Shown here: piece by piece, positions 36,049-45,858 of the stretch | Numbering within the stretch: the stretch's first letter is position 1 | Layout: each line of letters starts with the position of its first letter | Assembly: GCF_003790525.1 (NCBI RefSeq) | Contig: NZ_CP033635.1 | Reading direction: 5' to 3' (one strand) | Source: Escherichia coli | GTDB lineage: Bacteria > Pseudomonadota > Gammaproteobacteria > Enterobacterales > Enterobacteriaceae | DNA: 64,000 nt | Program-made: the position numbers and the translations under genes | The notes under the pieces: model-generated | Databases searched by the model: none | Seen by the model: the letters and a program-made list of their open reading frames with translations, nothing else | Told to the model about the DNA's origin: nothing

Positions 36049-36119
36049 AGCCTCGTGAGCGGGACGGTCGCAAGGTCGTTCCGCTCCACTTCACTGAACG
36101 GCAATCCGAGGGTGTGGAT

Positions 36120-37484
36120 ATGATTAGTGCATTCGATATTTTCAAAATTGGGATTGGTCCCTCCAGTTCGCATACCGTGGGGCCAATGAATGCCGGAAAA
36201 AGTTTTATTGATCGGCTGGAAAGTAGCGGCTTATTAACCGCGACGAGCCATATTGTGGTCGATCTGTACGGGTCGTTGTCACTGACGGGCAAAGGCCATG
36301 CCACGGATGTCGCCATCATCATGGGACTGGCAGGAAACAGTCCGCAGGATGTTGTCATTGATGAGATCCCTGCATTTATAGAGTTAGTGACGCGCAGCGG
36401 GCGGCTGCCAGTGGCATCTGGTGCGCATATTGTTGATTTTCCTGTAGCAAAGAACATTATCTTCCATCCCGAAATGTTGCCTCGCCATGAGAACGGAATG
36501 CGGATCACTGCCTGGAAGGGACAGGAAGCGCTATTAAGCAAAACCTATTACTCTGTCGGCGGCGGGTTTATTGTCGAAGAAGAACACTTCGGCCTGTCGC
36601 ACGATGTCGAAACGTCCGTACCTTACGATTTCCACTCAGCAGGAGAACTGCTGAAAATGTGTGATTACAACGGCCTGTCTATTTCTGGCCTGATGATGCA
36701 CAACGAGCTGGCGCTGCGCAGTAAAGCGGAAATTGATGCCGGTTTTGCCCGTATCTGGCAAGTGATGCATGACGGTATTGAACGCGGGATGAACACTGAA
36801 GGCGTGCTGCCTGGTCCGCTCAATGTGCCGCGCCGTGCCGTAGCGCTGCGTCGTCAGTTGGTTTCCAGCGATAACATCTCTAACGATCCGATGAATGTCA
36901 TCGACTGGATCAACATGTACGCGCTGGCGGTTAGTGAAGAAAACGCAGCTGGCGGGCGCGTGGTAACGGCACCGACTAACGGTGCGTGCGGCATTATTCC
37001 GGCAGTGCTGGCTTATTACGATAAGTTCCGTCGTCCGGTAAATGAGCGGTCAATTGCCCGCTATTTTCTTGCAGCCGGGGCTATTGGCGCGCTGTATAAA
37101 ATGAACGCCTCCATCTCTGGCGCGGAAGTCGGCTGTCAGGGGGAGATTGGCGTGGCCTGTTCAATGGCGGCGGCAGGGTTAACTGAACTACTGGGCGGCA
37201 GTCCGGCGCAGGTATGCAATGCGGCGGAAATCGCGATGGAGCATAACCTTGGGCTGACCTGCGATCCGGTTGCCGGACAGGTACAAATCCCGTGCATTGA
37301 ACGTAATGCCATTAATGCCGTGAAAGCAGTAAACGCCGCGCGGATGGCGATGCGCCGCACCTCGGCACCGCGTGTTTCACTCGATAAAGTGATCGAGACG
37401 ATGTATGAAACCGGCAAAGATATGAACGATAAATACCGCGAAACATCACGCGGAGGACTGGCTATTAAAGTGGTCTGCGGCTGA
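36120..37484 (+). CDS. tdcG: L-serine dehydratase TdcG (Fe-S, 454 aa)
   Basis: [26 protein letters not shown] track begins two codons upstream at a GTG. Confidence 0.93.
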   Translation: MISAFDIFKIGIGPSSSHTVGPMNAGKSFIDRLESSGLLTATSHIVVDLYGSLSLTGKGHATDVAIIMGLAGNSPQDVVIDEIPAFIELVTRSGRLPVASGAHIVDFPVAKNIIFHPEMLPRHENGMRITAWKGQEALLSKTYYSVGGGFIVEEEHFGLSHDVETSVPYDFHSAGELLKMCDYNGLSISGLMMHNELALRSKAEIDAGFARIWQVMHDGIERGMNTEGVLPGPLNVPRRAVALRRQLVSSDNISNDPMNVIDWINMYALAVSEENAAGGRVVTAPTNGACGIIPAVLAYYDKFRRPVNERSIARYFLAAGAIGALYKMNASISGAEVGCQGEIGVACSMAAAGLTELLGGSPAQVCNAAEIAMEHNLGLTCDPVAGQVQIPCIERNAINAVKAVNAARMAMRRTSAPRVSLDKVIETMYETGKDMNDKYRETSRGGLAIKVVCG

Positions 37485-37507
37485 CATTGCTGTCAGCTTT
37501 CATCCTT

Positions 37508-37534
37508 GGGTGCACAAATGTGCACCTTTTTTTT
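37508..37534 (+). terminator. Rho-independent terminator downstream of tdcG
   Basis: gggtgcacaaatgtgcacc followed by a T8 run. Confidence 0.8.
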
Positions 37535-37758
37535 GTGATCTGCCGCAAATAGAGAATGAATATTCTCTTGCGATTAATTTAGTAGAAAATTCTTATCCAT
37601 CTCCGTTATTTCAAAGTCTTGATTGTGAAGATTTTCTCTGACCTCGCGCGTATCATTTCTTTATTCTAATAACTCGCCTGCAAAAACGTAGACCGCATAT
37701 CGCCTTGATGCGGCTCGGAAAAAAATAATAAGCCCTACAAAATATTGAGCGAGAAATT

Positions 37759-39090
37759 ATGGAAATTGCATCGAATAAAGGCGTCATTGCAGACGCTTCG
37801 ACCCCGGCGGGTCGTGCTGGAATGAGTGAGAGCGAGTGGCGAGAAGCGATCAAATTCGACAGTACTGACACCGGCTGGGTGATTATGAGTATCGGGATGG
37901 CGATTGGCGCGGGGATTGTTTTTCTCCCGGTGCAGGTCGGTTTGATGGGGTTGTGGGTATTTTTGCTCTCATCGGTGATTGGTTACCCGGCAATGTATCT
38001 GTTTCAGCGGTTGTTTATTAATACGTTGGCAGAATCACCAGAATGTAAAGATTACCCGAGCGTCATTAGCGGTTATTTAGGTAAAAACTGGGGCATCCTG
38101 TTAGGTGCACTCTATTTCGTAATGCTGGTGATTTGGATGTTCGTCTATTCCACCGCCATCACCAACGATAGTGCTTCCTACCTGCATACCTTCGGCGTGA
38201 CGGAAGGGTTGCTGTCAGACAGTCCCTTTTATGGTCTGGTACTGATTTGCATTCTGGTGGCGATCTCTTCACGCGGCGAGAAATTGTTATTCAAAATTTC
38301 GACCGGCATGGTGCTGACCAAGCTGCTGGTGGTCGCGGCGCTGGGCGTATCGATGGTGGGAATGTGGCATCTGTATAACGTCGGTTCGCTACCGCCGCTG
38401 GGGCTGCTGGTGAAAAACGCCATTATTACGCTGCCGTTTACCCTGACGTCGATTCTGTTTATCCAGACGTTAAGCCCGATGGTGATCTCTTATCGCTCGC
38501 GGGAAAAATCGATTGAAGTGGCGCGGCATAAAGCATTGCGGGCAATGAATATCGCGTTTGGCATTTTGTTTGTCACCGTCTTTTTCTACGCAGTGTCGTT
38601 CACGCTGGCGATGGGACATGACGAAGCGGTAAAAGCCTACGAGCAGAATATTTCCGCGCTGGCGATTGCGGCGCAGTTTATTAGCGGTGACGGCGCAGCG
38701 TGGGTGAAAGTGGTCAGCGTCATTCTCAATATCTTTGCAGTAATGACCGCGTTTTTTGGCGTCTATTTAGGCTTTCGCGAAGCAACGCAAGGGATCGTAA
38801 TGAACATCCTGCGTCGCAAGATGCCTGCCGAGAAGATTAACGAAAATCTCGTTCAGCGCGGCATCATGATTTTCGCCATTTTGCTGGCCTGGAGCGCCAT
38901 CGTACTGAACGCACCGGTGTTGAGCTTCACCTCTATCTGTAGCCCGATTTTCGGCATGGTAGGGTGCCTGATCCCGGCGTGGCTGGTTTACAAAGTACCG
39001 GCATTGCACAAATACAAAGGGATGTCTCTGTACCTGATTATCGTCACTGGTTTGTTGCTTTGTGTTTCTCCGTTCCTGGCATTTTCTTGA
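37759..39090 (+). CDS. cyuP: Cysteine/serine-family transporter CyuP (YhaO), HAAAP family (443 aa)
   Basis: ORF 443 aa, multi-TM, paralogue of TdcC; immediately precedes cyuA. Confidence 0.9.
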   Translation: MEIASNKGVIADASTPAGRAGMSESEWREAIKFDSTDTGWVIMSIGMAIGAGIVFLPVQVGLMGLWVFLLSSVIGYPAMYLFQRLFINTLAESPECKDYPSVISGYLGKNWGILLGALYFVMLVIWMFVYSTAITNDSASYLHTFGVTEGLLSDSPFYGLVLICILVAISSRGEKLLFKISTGMVLTKLLVVAALGVSMVGMWHLYNVGSLPPLGLLVKNAIITLPFTLTSILFIQTLSPMVISYRSREKSIEVARHKALRAMNIAFGILFVTVFFYAVSFTLAMGHDEAVKAYEQNISALAIAAQFISGDGAAWVKVVSVILNIFAVMTAFFGVYLGFREATQGIVMNILRRKMPAEKINENLVQRGIMIFAILLAWSAIVLNAPVLSFTSICSPIFGMVGCLIPAWLVYKVPALHKYKGMSLYLIIVTGLLLCVSPFLAFS

Positions 39091-39117
39091 TTTCCCTGAA
39101 ATTTTAAGGTTTTTAAT

Positions 39118-40428
39118 ATGTTTGATTCGACTTTAAATCCGTTATGGCAGCGTTACATCCTCGCCGTTCAGGAGGAAGTAAAACCGGCGCTGGGATGTAC
39201 TGAACCGATTTCACTGGCGCTGGCGGCGGCGGTTGCTGCGGCAGAACTGGAAGGTCCGGTTGAACGTGTAGAAGCCTGGGTTTCGCCAAATCTGATGAAG
39301 AACGGTCTGGGCGTCACCGTTCCCGGCACGGGAATGGTGGGGCTGCCGATTGCGGCGGCGCTGGGAGCGTTAGGTGGAAATGCTAACGCCGGGCTGGAAG
39401 TGCTGAAAGATGCAACTGCGCAGGCAATTGCCGATGCCAAAGCACTGCTGGCGGCGGGGAAAGTCTCAGTTAAGATCCAGGAACCTTGCGATGAAATCCT
39501 CTTCTCACGCGCCAAAGTCTGGAACGGTGAGAAGTGGGCGTGTGTCACCATTGTCGGCGGGCATACCAACATTGTGCATATTGAGACGCACAATGGTGTG
39601 GTGTTTACCCAGCAGGCGTGTGTGACAGAGGGCGAGCAAGAGTCGCCGCTGACGGTGCTTTCCAGGACGACGCTGGCTGAGATCCTGAAGTTCGTCAATG
39701 AAGTCCCGTTTGCGGCGATCCGCTTTATTCTCGATTCCGCGAAGTTAAATTGCGCGTTATCGCAGGAAGGCTTGAGCGGTAACTGGGGGCTGCATATTGG
39801 CGCGACGCTGGAAAAACAGTGCGCGCGCGGCTTGCTGGCGAAAGATCTCTCTTCATCCATTGTGATTCGTACCAGCGCGGCATCCGATGCGCGTATGGGC
39901 GGCGCTACGCTTCCGGCAATGAGTAACTCCGGCTCGGGTAACCAGGGGATCACTGCAACAATGCCTGTGGTGGTGGTAGCAGAACACTTCGGGGCCGATG
40001 ATGAACGGCTGGCGCGTGCGCTGATGCTTTCGCATTTGAGCGCGATTTACATCCATAACCAGTTACCGCGTTTGTCTGCGCTTTGTGCCGCAACGACCGC
40101 AGCAATGGGGGCCGCCGCCGGGATGGCATGGCTGGTGGATGGGCGTTATGAAACCATTTCGATGGCGATCAGCAGTATGATCGGCGATGTCAGCGGCATG
40201 ATTTGCGATGGTGCGTCGAACAGCTGCGCGATGAAGGTTTCGACCAGTGCTTCGGCTGCGTGGAAAGCGGTGTTAATGGCGCTGGATGATACCGCAGTGA
40301 CCGGCAATGAAGGGATTGTGGCGCATGATGTTGAGCAGTCGATTGCCAACCTGTGTGCGTTAGCAAGCCATTCGATGCAGCAAACGGATCGGCAGATTAT
40401 CGAGATTATGGCGAGCAAGGCCAGATAA
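39118..40428 (+). CDS. cyuA: L-cysteine desulfidase CyuA (YhaM, UPF0597 family, 436 aa)
   Basis: [38 protein letters not shown]... Confidence 0.92.
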   Translation: MFDSTLNPLWQRYILAVQEEVKPALGCTEPISLALAAAVAAAELEGPVERVEAWVSPNLMKNGLGVTVPGTGMVGLPIAAALGALGGNANAGLEVLKDATAQAIADAKALLAAGKVSVKIQEPCDEILFSRAKVWNGEKWACVTIVGGHTNIVHIETHNGVVFTQQACVTEGEQESPLTVLSRTTLAEILKFVNEVPFAAIRFILDSAKLNCALSQEGLSGNWGLHIGATLEKQCARGLLAKDLSSSIVIRTSAASDARMGGATLPAMSNSGSGNQGITATMPVVVVAEHFGADDERLARALMLSHLSAIYIHNQLPRLSALCAATTAAMGAAAGMAWLVDGRYETISMAISSMIGDVSGMICDGASNSCAMKVSTSASAAWKAVLMALDDTAVTGNEGIVAHDVEQSIANLCALASHSMQQTDRQIIEIMASKAR

Positions 40429-40447
40429 TCGCCAGGTTTTGGGGAGC

Positions 40448-40552
40448 GTGCCGGATGCGATGCTGGCGCATCTTGTCCGGCCTACGGGGTGCGCAATTTG
40501 TTGATGTTGTTGTGTTTTGTAGGCCGGATAAGGCGTTTACGCCACATCCGGC
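40448..40552. repeat. REP/BIME element pair downstream of cyuA
   Basis: gccggatgcgatgctggcgcatcttgtccggcctac ... tgtaggccggataaggcgtttacgccacatccggc. Confidence 0.8.
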
Positions 40553-40560
40553 ACTTGTCT

Positions 40561-40728
40561 TTACGCGGTAGCTTCATCCTCGGCTAAACGCGTTTCAGCA
40601 TCCGCGACGATGGCTTCCAGCTCGCTCAACATCTCTTCATAGCCAAAATTTTTGGCGGTGCGAGAAGGTTCTTTCGCCACCACGGGCTTCACTGGCTGAC
40701 GCTTTTTGGCCGATTTTTTACTCATCAT
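40561..40728 (-). CDS. yhaL: Small protein YhaL (about 54-55 aa); below the length cutoff of the supplied ORF track
   Basis: Manual minus-strand translation: MMSKKSAKKRQPVKPVVAKEPSRTAKNFGYEEMLSELEAIVADAETRLAEDEATA; 19 bp downstream of yhaK. Confidence 0.7.
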   Translation of the reverse strand: MMSKKSAKKRQPVKPVVAKEPSRTAKNFGYEEMLSELEAIVADAETRLAEDEATA

Positions 40729-40747
40729 CATCTCCCTGTAAAAACAA

Positions 40748-41449
40748 CTAGACAGGCAAATCTATCAGCAAAGCGCGCAGTGGGGAATCGGCAACCAGCG
40801 TAATGTTAGCCTCGTCACGAATAAACGCCCCATCACCGCAGGTCAGCGCCGCTTTCTCTTCATGATGCGTAAGCGCATGAAATTTCCCGTGAATCGATTG
40901 CAAATACGCGCGTGGCCCATGCAACTGGAAATTCGCACTTTCGCCTTTGTCGAGCACGATATGGTGCAGCCACACTTGCTGGCGCAATTGCAGGCTTCCC
41001 ATCCCACCTTCTGGCGAGGCGATTAATTGCTGCTTGCTCATATTAAGCGCCAGTTTTTGAATCAGCGGATTCTCTCGTTGTGGGCAGGCATCCAGCCAAA
41101 GTTGCATTCGCGTTAACGATTTGTCTTTGCTGAGATTGTGTTCGCTATAGCTGACACCCGGCTGGGTAGAGAGCAGCAACACCTCACCGGCGCTGGCCTG
41201 AACATGATTGCCTTCGCTGTCGCGATACTCAGCTTCTCCATCCAGAATCACATTTAAAATATCGACTTTGGGATAGGTTCGCGGCTGAAAGGCGGCACCT
41301 GGGGCCAGCACTTCCTGGTTAAGCACGCGCAGGGAGGCATAGCCTAACAATTTCGGGTCGAAGTAGTGTCCAAAGGAAAAAGTATACCGGGCCTGCAACC
41401 ATCCGTAGTCTGCTTGTCCACACTGCCTGGCAGTTCGGGTAGTAATCAT
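40748..41449 (-). CDS. yhaK: Pirin-like bicupin protein YhaK (233 aa)
   Basis: ORF 233 aa; divergent from yhaJ. Confidence 0.9.
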   Translation of the reverse strand: MITTRTARQCGQADYGWLQARYTFSFGHYFDPKLLGYASLRVLNQEVLAPGAAFQPRTYPKVDILNVILDGEAEYRDSEGNHVQASAGEVLLLSTQPGVSYSEHNLSKDKSLTRMQLWLDACPQRENPLIQKLALNMSKQQLIASPEGGMGSLQLRQQVWLHHIVLDKGESANFQLHGPRAYLQSIHGKFHALTHHEEKAALTCGDGAFIRDEANITLVADSPLRALLIDLPV

Positions 41450-41553
41450 AATTCTTGACCTCTCTTTACTTCCTTTTATGGTAAGGGGCTGGACGCTACA
41501 TTGTTAGCCAGATATTCTGCCCGGTATGTTCAAATTTCCTGAATGAGAACGAA

Positions 41554-42450
41554 ATGGCCAAAGAAAGGGCATTAACGCTGGAAGCACTACGGGTTATGGA
41601 TGCGATCGATCGCCGGGGCAGTTTTGCGGCGGCGGCGGATGAGCTGGGACGCGTGCCTTCCGCACTTAGCTACACCATGCAAAAATTGGAAGAAGAGCTG
41701 GATGTGGTGCTGTTTGACCGCTCGGGCCATCGCACCAAATTCACCAATGTCGGGAGGATGTTGCTGGAGCGAGGGCGCGTTTTGCTGGAAGCCGCAGATA
41801 AACTGACTACCGATGCGGAAGCTCTCGCGCGCGGTTGGGAAACGCATCTCACCATTGTGACCGAAGCGCTGGTACCGACACCTGCCTTTTTCCCGTTAAT
41901 CGACAAACTGGCGGCAAAAGCCAATACCCAACTGGCAATTATCACCGAAGTGCTGGCGGGGGCGTGGGAACGGCTGGAGCAGGGGCGGGCGGATATTGTT
42001 ATCGCGCCGGATATGCATTTTCGCTCCTCGTCGGAGATCAACTCGCGCAAGCTCTATACGTTAATGAACGTCTACGTTGCCGCGCCTGATCACCCGATTC
42101 ATCAGGAGCCGGAACCGTTATCTGAAGTGACGCGCGTGAAATATCGTGGAATTGCGGTGGCGGATACCGCTCGTGAGCGCCCGGTATTGACCGTACAGCT
42201 ACTGGACAAACAGCCGCGTTTAACGGTGAGCACGATTGAAGATAAACGTCAGGCATTACTGGCGGGGCTTGGCGTGGCGACGATGCCGTATCCGATGGTC
42301 GAAAAAGATATTGCGGAAGGGCGGTTGCGTGTCGTCAGCCCGGAATCGACCAGCGAGATCGATATTATTATGGCCTGGCGTCGTGACAGTATGGGGGAGG
42401 CGAAATCCTGGTGTCTGCGGGAAATTCCCAAACTTTTTAGCGGAAAATAA
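41554..42450 (+). CDS. yhaJ: LysR-type transcriptional regulator YhaJ (298 aa)
   Basis: N-terminal HTH ...RGSFAAAADELGRVPSALSYTMQKLEEELDVVLFDR. Confidence 0.92.
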   Translation: MAKERALTLEALRVMDAIDRRGSFAAAADELGRVPSALSYTMQKLEEELDVVLFDRSGHRTKFTNVGRMLLERGRVLLEAADKLTTDAEALARGWETHLTIVTEALVPTPAFFPLIDKLAAKANTQLAIITEVLAGAWERLEQGRADIVIAPDMHFRSSSEINSRKLYTLMNVYVAAPDHPIHQEPEPLSEVTRVKYRGIAVADTARERPVLTVQLLDKQPRLTVSTIEDKRQALLAGLGVATMPYPMVEKDIAEGRLRVVSPESTSEIDIIMAWRRDSMGEAKSWCLREIPKLFSGK

Positions 42451-42468
42451 TATTTGTTATTTTTAATA

Positions 42469-42493
42469 AAAAGGGGCGAAATATCGCCCCAAT
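42469..42493. terminator. Hairpin with flanking A/T runs between the convergent yhaJ and yhaI genes
   Basis: aaaaaggggcgaaatatcgccccaatt. Confidence 0.7.
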
Positions 42494-42500
42494 TCTAAGA

Positions 42501-42857
42501 TTAATTTGAACCAAACTTCGGATCGTTTCCGTAACGATTGCTGCCAGAATTGCCTTCTAAACAGGCAAATACAAACAGAACTAACCAGCCAATGACCGGT
42601 ACCAGATAGAGAAGCGCCCACGCACCTGAACGGTCAGTATCGTGCAGACGACGAACGCACAGAGCAATGACCGGAATGATTGTTGCTGCCAGGTAAATGA
42701 GAGAAAGGAATGGAAACTCTAAACCTAAAATCAATTGAATGACATTGATAATAGCGCCGACGATGGCGTTAATCAGAGTAAACATCCAGTACTCTTTACG
42801 ACGTGCGCGACCAGAGAAACCAACATAATTTTTTAATACGGCTAAATACCACTGCAT
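42501..42857 (-). CDS. yhaI: DUF805-family inner-membrane protein YhaI (118 aa)
   Basis: MQWYLAVLKNYVGFSGRARRKEYWMF...; paralogue of the adjacent yhaH. Confidence 0.88.
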   Translation of the reverse strand: MQWYLAVLKNYVGFSGRARRKEYWMFTLINAIVGAIINVIQLILGLEFPFLSLIYLAATIIPVIALCVRRLHDTDRSGAWALLYLVPVIGWLVLFVFACLEGNSGSNRYGNDPKFGSN

Positions 42858-43052
42858 AAAAACATCCCTTTAATTAAAAGTGACGAAAGTCTATTCCGGG
42901 TATTGTGTAAATGCTATTCGTATCTTTCTTTTTCGGATGTTATAAAGGTTTTGATATTTAAGATAAATACATGGTTATTTTTTATAGGTAATTTATATAA
43001 CGATATTGAAATATTTTAAATAAACATTAGTAAATTATTCATTCATCAACAT

Positions 43053-43075
43053 GATGATAAAAGCCGGATGAGTCA
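43053..43075 (-). terminator. Hairpin downstream of yhaH
   Basis: gccggatgagtcagacatccggc inverted repeat just after the yhaH stop on the minus strand. Confidence 0.6.
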
Positions 43076-43098
43076 GACATCCGGCGAGGAGATTTGTT

Positions 43099-43464
43099 TT
43101 AAGGTTCCAGTTTTGGATCAGGTCCAAAGCGGTTTTCGCCTGGCGTACCCGCCTGGCAGTTAAAGACGATGATAATAAGCCAGCCGATAAACGGGATTAA
43201 GAACAGCAGTGCCCACCACGCCGAGCGGTCGGTGTCGTGCAGGCGGCGGAACTGAACTGCCCACCATGGTAAAAACACCAGAATACCGTAGATTGTCGTC
43301 AGGATGCCTTCGCCACCGGCACGTTGCCAGCCTAACATTTTATCCAGTAGCCCCAGCACGAACGTAAAGATGATGTTGACCAGAATAAACATCCAGTACT
43401 CTTTGCGCCGCGCACGACCCCGGAAACCGACATAATTTTTTAGTACTTTCAGATACCAGTCCAT
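43099..43464 (-). CDS. yhaH: DUF805-family inner-membrane protein YhaH (121 aa)
   Basis: ORF 43099-43485 trimmed to MDWYLKVLKNYVGFRGRARRKEYWMF. Confidence 0.88.
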   Translation of the reverse strand: MDWYLKVLKNYVGFRGRARRKEYWMFILVNIIFTFVLGLLDKMLGWQRAGGEGILTTIYGILVFLPWWAVQFRRLHDTDRSAWWALLFLIPFIGWLIIIVFNCQAGTPGENRFGPDPKLEP

Positions 43465-43589
43465 TTTTGCCTCAATTTTGCTCAATCACTTGTTTTTAAA
43501 GCAGCAAATTAAGAATAGACGTGAATGAAATGGCAGTAAATATTATCTCTATGAATTAATAAGGCGCTGTGAAGGATAGGGGCAAGCGC

Positions 43590-43700
43590 AAAATTGCCAG
43601 ATGCGCTACGCTTATCTGGCCTGCGCGGTCATTGCAACATATTGAATATAAATGTTTTGTAGGTTTGATAAGGCGTTTACGCCGCATCCGACATGAACAA
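43590..43700. repeat. BIME/RIP-like composite REP element (REP, AT-rich spacer, REP)
   Basis: ...gccagatgcgctacgcttatctggcctgcg...ttgaatataaatgttttgtaggtttgataaggcgtttacgccgcatccgaca. Confidence 0.75.
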
Positions 43701-43746
43701 CATGCACTTAGCTAATTATCAGAGGCACATCGTAAGGTGCCTTTTT

Positions 43747-44733
43747 TTAACCGAAGCGAACATCTCGTCCATGCGGTTCATCGAGATCCTGCCACGGACC
43801 AATTGAAATAATCCCCGTAGGGTTGATGGTCTTATGGCTGCGGAAGTAATGATTACGGATGTGATCGAAATTGACTGTTTCGGCAATTCCCGGCATCTGG
43901 TAGATATCGCGCAGGAAGCCATACAGATTCAGGTAATCGCTGATGCGGTGCTTATCACACTTGAAGTGGGTCACATACACTGGATCAAAACGCACCAGCG
44001 TGGTCCACAGGCGAATATCGGCTTCGGTTAGCTGGTTGCCGGTCAGGTAACGGTGCTGACCTAAAATCTGTTCCAGTCGCGCCAGCGATTCAAACACTTT
44101 CGCCACCGCCTCGTCGTAAGCTTGCTGGCTGGTGGCAAAACCGGCTTTATACACGCCGTTGTTAACAGTGTCATAAATCCAGCCGTTAAGTTCGTCAATT
44201 TTCGTTTGCAGGGCTGGTGGGTAGTAATCACCCGCTTTCGCGCCCAGCGCATCAAACGCGGTATTGAACATGCGTATGATTTCTGCTGATTCGTTGCTGA
44301 CGATGGTGTGGTTCTTTTTGTCCCACAGCACGGGAACAGTCACTCGTCCGCTGTAGTGTGGATCGGCGTGGAGATAAAGCTGATACAGAAATTCATGTTG
44401 ATAGAGCGTGTCGCCGGTTGCTCCCGGAAAACTGTCATCAAAGGTCCAGCCGTTTTCCAGCATCAGCGGGTTCACTACGGAAACGGAAATAAACGGTTCC
44501 AGTCCTTTGAGTTTACGCATGATCAGCGTGCGGTGCGCCCACGGGCAGGCGAGTGAAACATAGAGATGATAACGATCTTTCTCTGCGATAAAACCGCCTT
44601 TGCCAGTGGGGCCTGGCGCGCCATCGGCAGTGAGCCAGTTACGAAATGCGGAAGCTGAACGTTGAAATTTACCGCCGGTAGATTTGGTATCGTACCAGGT
44701 GTCATGCCAGACGCCGTCAATCAGTTGACCCAT
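43747..44733 (-). CDS. yqjG: Glutathionyl-hydroquinone reductase YqjG (Xi-class GST, 328 aa)
   Basis: ORF 43747-44916 trimmed to MGQLIDGVWHDTWYDTKSTGGKFQRSASAFRNW. Confidence 0.9.
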   Translation of the reverse strand: MGQLIDGVWHDTWYDTKSTGGKFQRSASAFRNWLTADGAPGPTGKGGFIAEKDRYHLYVSLACPWAHRTLIMRKLKGLEPFISVSVVNPLMLENGWTFDDSFPGATGDTLYQHEFLYQLYLHADPHYSGRVTVPVLWDKKNHTIVSNESAEIIRMFNTAFDALGAKAGDYYPPALQTKIDELNGWIYDTVNNGVYKAGFATSQQAYDEAVAKVFESLARLEQILGQHRYLTGNQLTEADIRLWTTLVRFDPVYVTHFKCDKHRISDYLNLYGFLRDIYQMPGIAETVNFDHIRNHYFRSHKTINPTGIISIGPWQDLDEPHGRDVRFG

Positions 44734-44794
44734 TTTTCTCTCCTCCAATAGCAAAAACGAGGAGCGTTTCTCCTCGTTTGAGACTGATGGCAAA

Positions 44795-44910
44795 CGCAAA
44801 ACTGCCTGATGCGCTATGCTTATCAGGCCTACGAGGTTTCTGCAATGTATTGAATTTGCATGTTTTTGTAGGCCGGATAAGGCGTTCACGCCGCATCCGG
44901 CATGAACAAC
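44795..44910. repeat. Second BIME/RIP-like composite REP element, paralogous to the one at 43590-43700
   Basis: ...gcctgatgcgctatgcttatcaggcctacg...ttgaatttgcatgtttttgtaggccggataaggcgttcacgccgcatccggca. Confidence 0.75.
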
Positions 44911-44980
44911 GCGCACTTTGTCAACAATCTGAAACGAGGAGTGTTCCTCCTCGTTTTTTATTGTTAAGTATAGCGCGTGC

Positions 44981-45373
44981 TTACCACTTTTTATTCAGCA
45001 GGCGGTCGATGCTATACGCGCCTGGACCGGTAATTGCCAGCAGCAGGAATCCGCCAGAAATCGTCAGGTTTTTCATGAACATCAGCGAGTTGACGCCTTC
45101 AGCAAAGTTGCTGTGAAATAAAAATGCCGTCAGCAGCGTAAAGCCCGCAGTAAACAGGGCTGTGGTACGTGTCAGGAAACCGAACAGGATTGCCAGACCA
45201 CCACCAAACTCAAGCAGAATCACCAGCGGCAGCATAAAGCCGGGGACGCCCATTGCTTCCATATATTGTTGGGTACCCGCGTAGCCAGTAATTTTTCCCC
45301 AGCCTGCGGTAATAAACAGAATCGGCATTAAAATACGCGCTACCAGTACACCAACATCTTCTAATTTTTTCAT
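44981..45373 (-). CDS. yqjF: DoxX-family inner-membrane protein YqjF (130 aa)
   Basis: ORF 44981-45463 trimmed to MKKLEDVGVLVARILMPILF. Confidence 0.88.
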   Translation of the reverse strand: MKKLEDVGVLVARILMPILFITAGWGKITGYAGTQQYMEAMGVPGFMLPLVILLEFGGGLAILFGFLTRTTALFTAGFTLLTAFLFHSNFAEGVNSLMFMKNLTISGGFLLLAITGPGAYSIDRLLNKKW

Positions 45374-45558
45374 CATACTCTCCACTGCGCCGCTCAGGCT
45401 GCTGATTGTTTTTTTGTGCAAGGGCGCGCTATTAGCGTCGTTGCTGTCGATGGAGAGAATCATAAACGTGGCGAAGCGTGATTGTTAGCAAGGAAAATTG
45501 TCAAAAATCTTCAAAAAATTTGAGGGATAAGGCCGGAATGGCTCCGGCCAGAGGGAAG

Positions 45559-45858
45559 TTAACCGCGAAGCTGTTGCTGCTTGAGGGTCGTTTTAACCAG
45601 ACGCCAGGCGCTCCATACGCCAAAACCGCGTCTGGCCCAGCGGACCAGCATATTAGGATGGCGAATCGTCCAGATCGCCATCACGCTACTGCCAACCAGC
45701 GCCCAGGAGCGCAGACTTAGCAGCATATTCCAGCGACGATCGTAAGCGCCTGTTGCCTCCAGCCATTCACGACGACTGGCAGAAAGATCCAGCCGTTGTT
45801 GCTGGATCTGGCTAAGCAGTTGCGCCTTACGTCGTTCACGTTCGACTTTACTGCTCAC
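45559..45858 (-). CDS. yqjK: Small membrane protein YqjK (99 aa), GTG start
   Basis: GTG start at 45858 preceded by GAGGAGGAG on the minus strand; MSSKVERERRKAQLLSQIQQQRL...; overlaps the yqjE stop. Confidence 0.78.
   Translation of the reverse strand: MSSKVERERRKAQLLSQIQQQRLDLSASRREWLEATGAYDRRWNMLLSLRSWALVGSSVMAIWTIRHPNMLVRWARRGFGVWSAWRLVKTTLKQQQLRG

Noticed and set aside
39168-39953. 261-aa minus-strand ORF
   Set aside because: Antisense to cyuA; Ala/Ser/Pro-rich shadow ORF.
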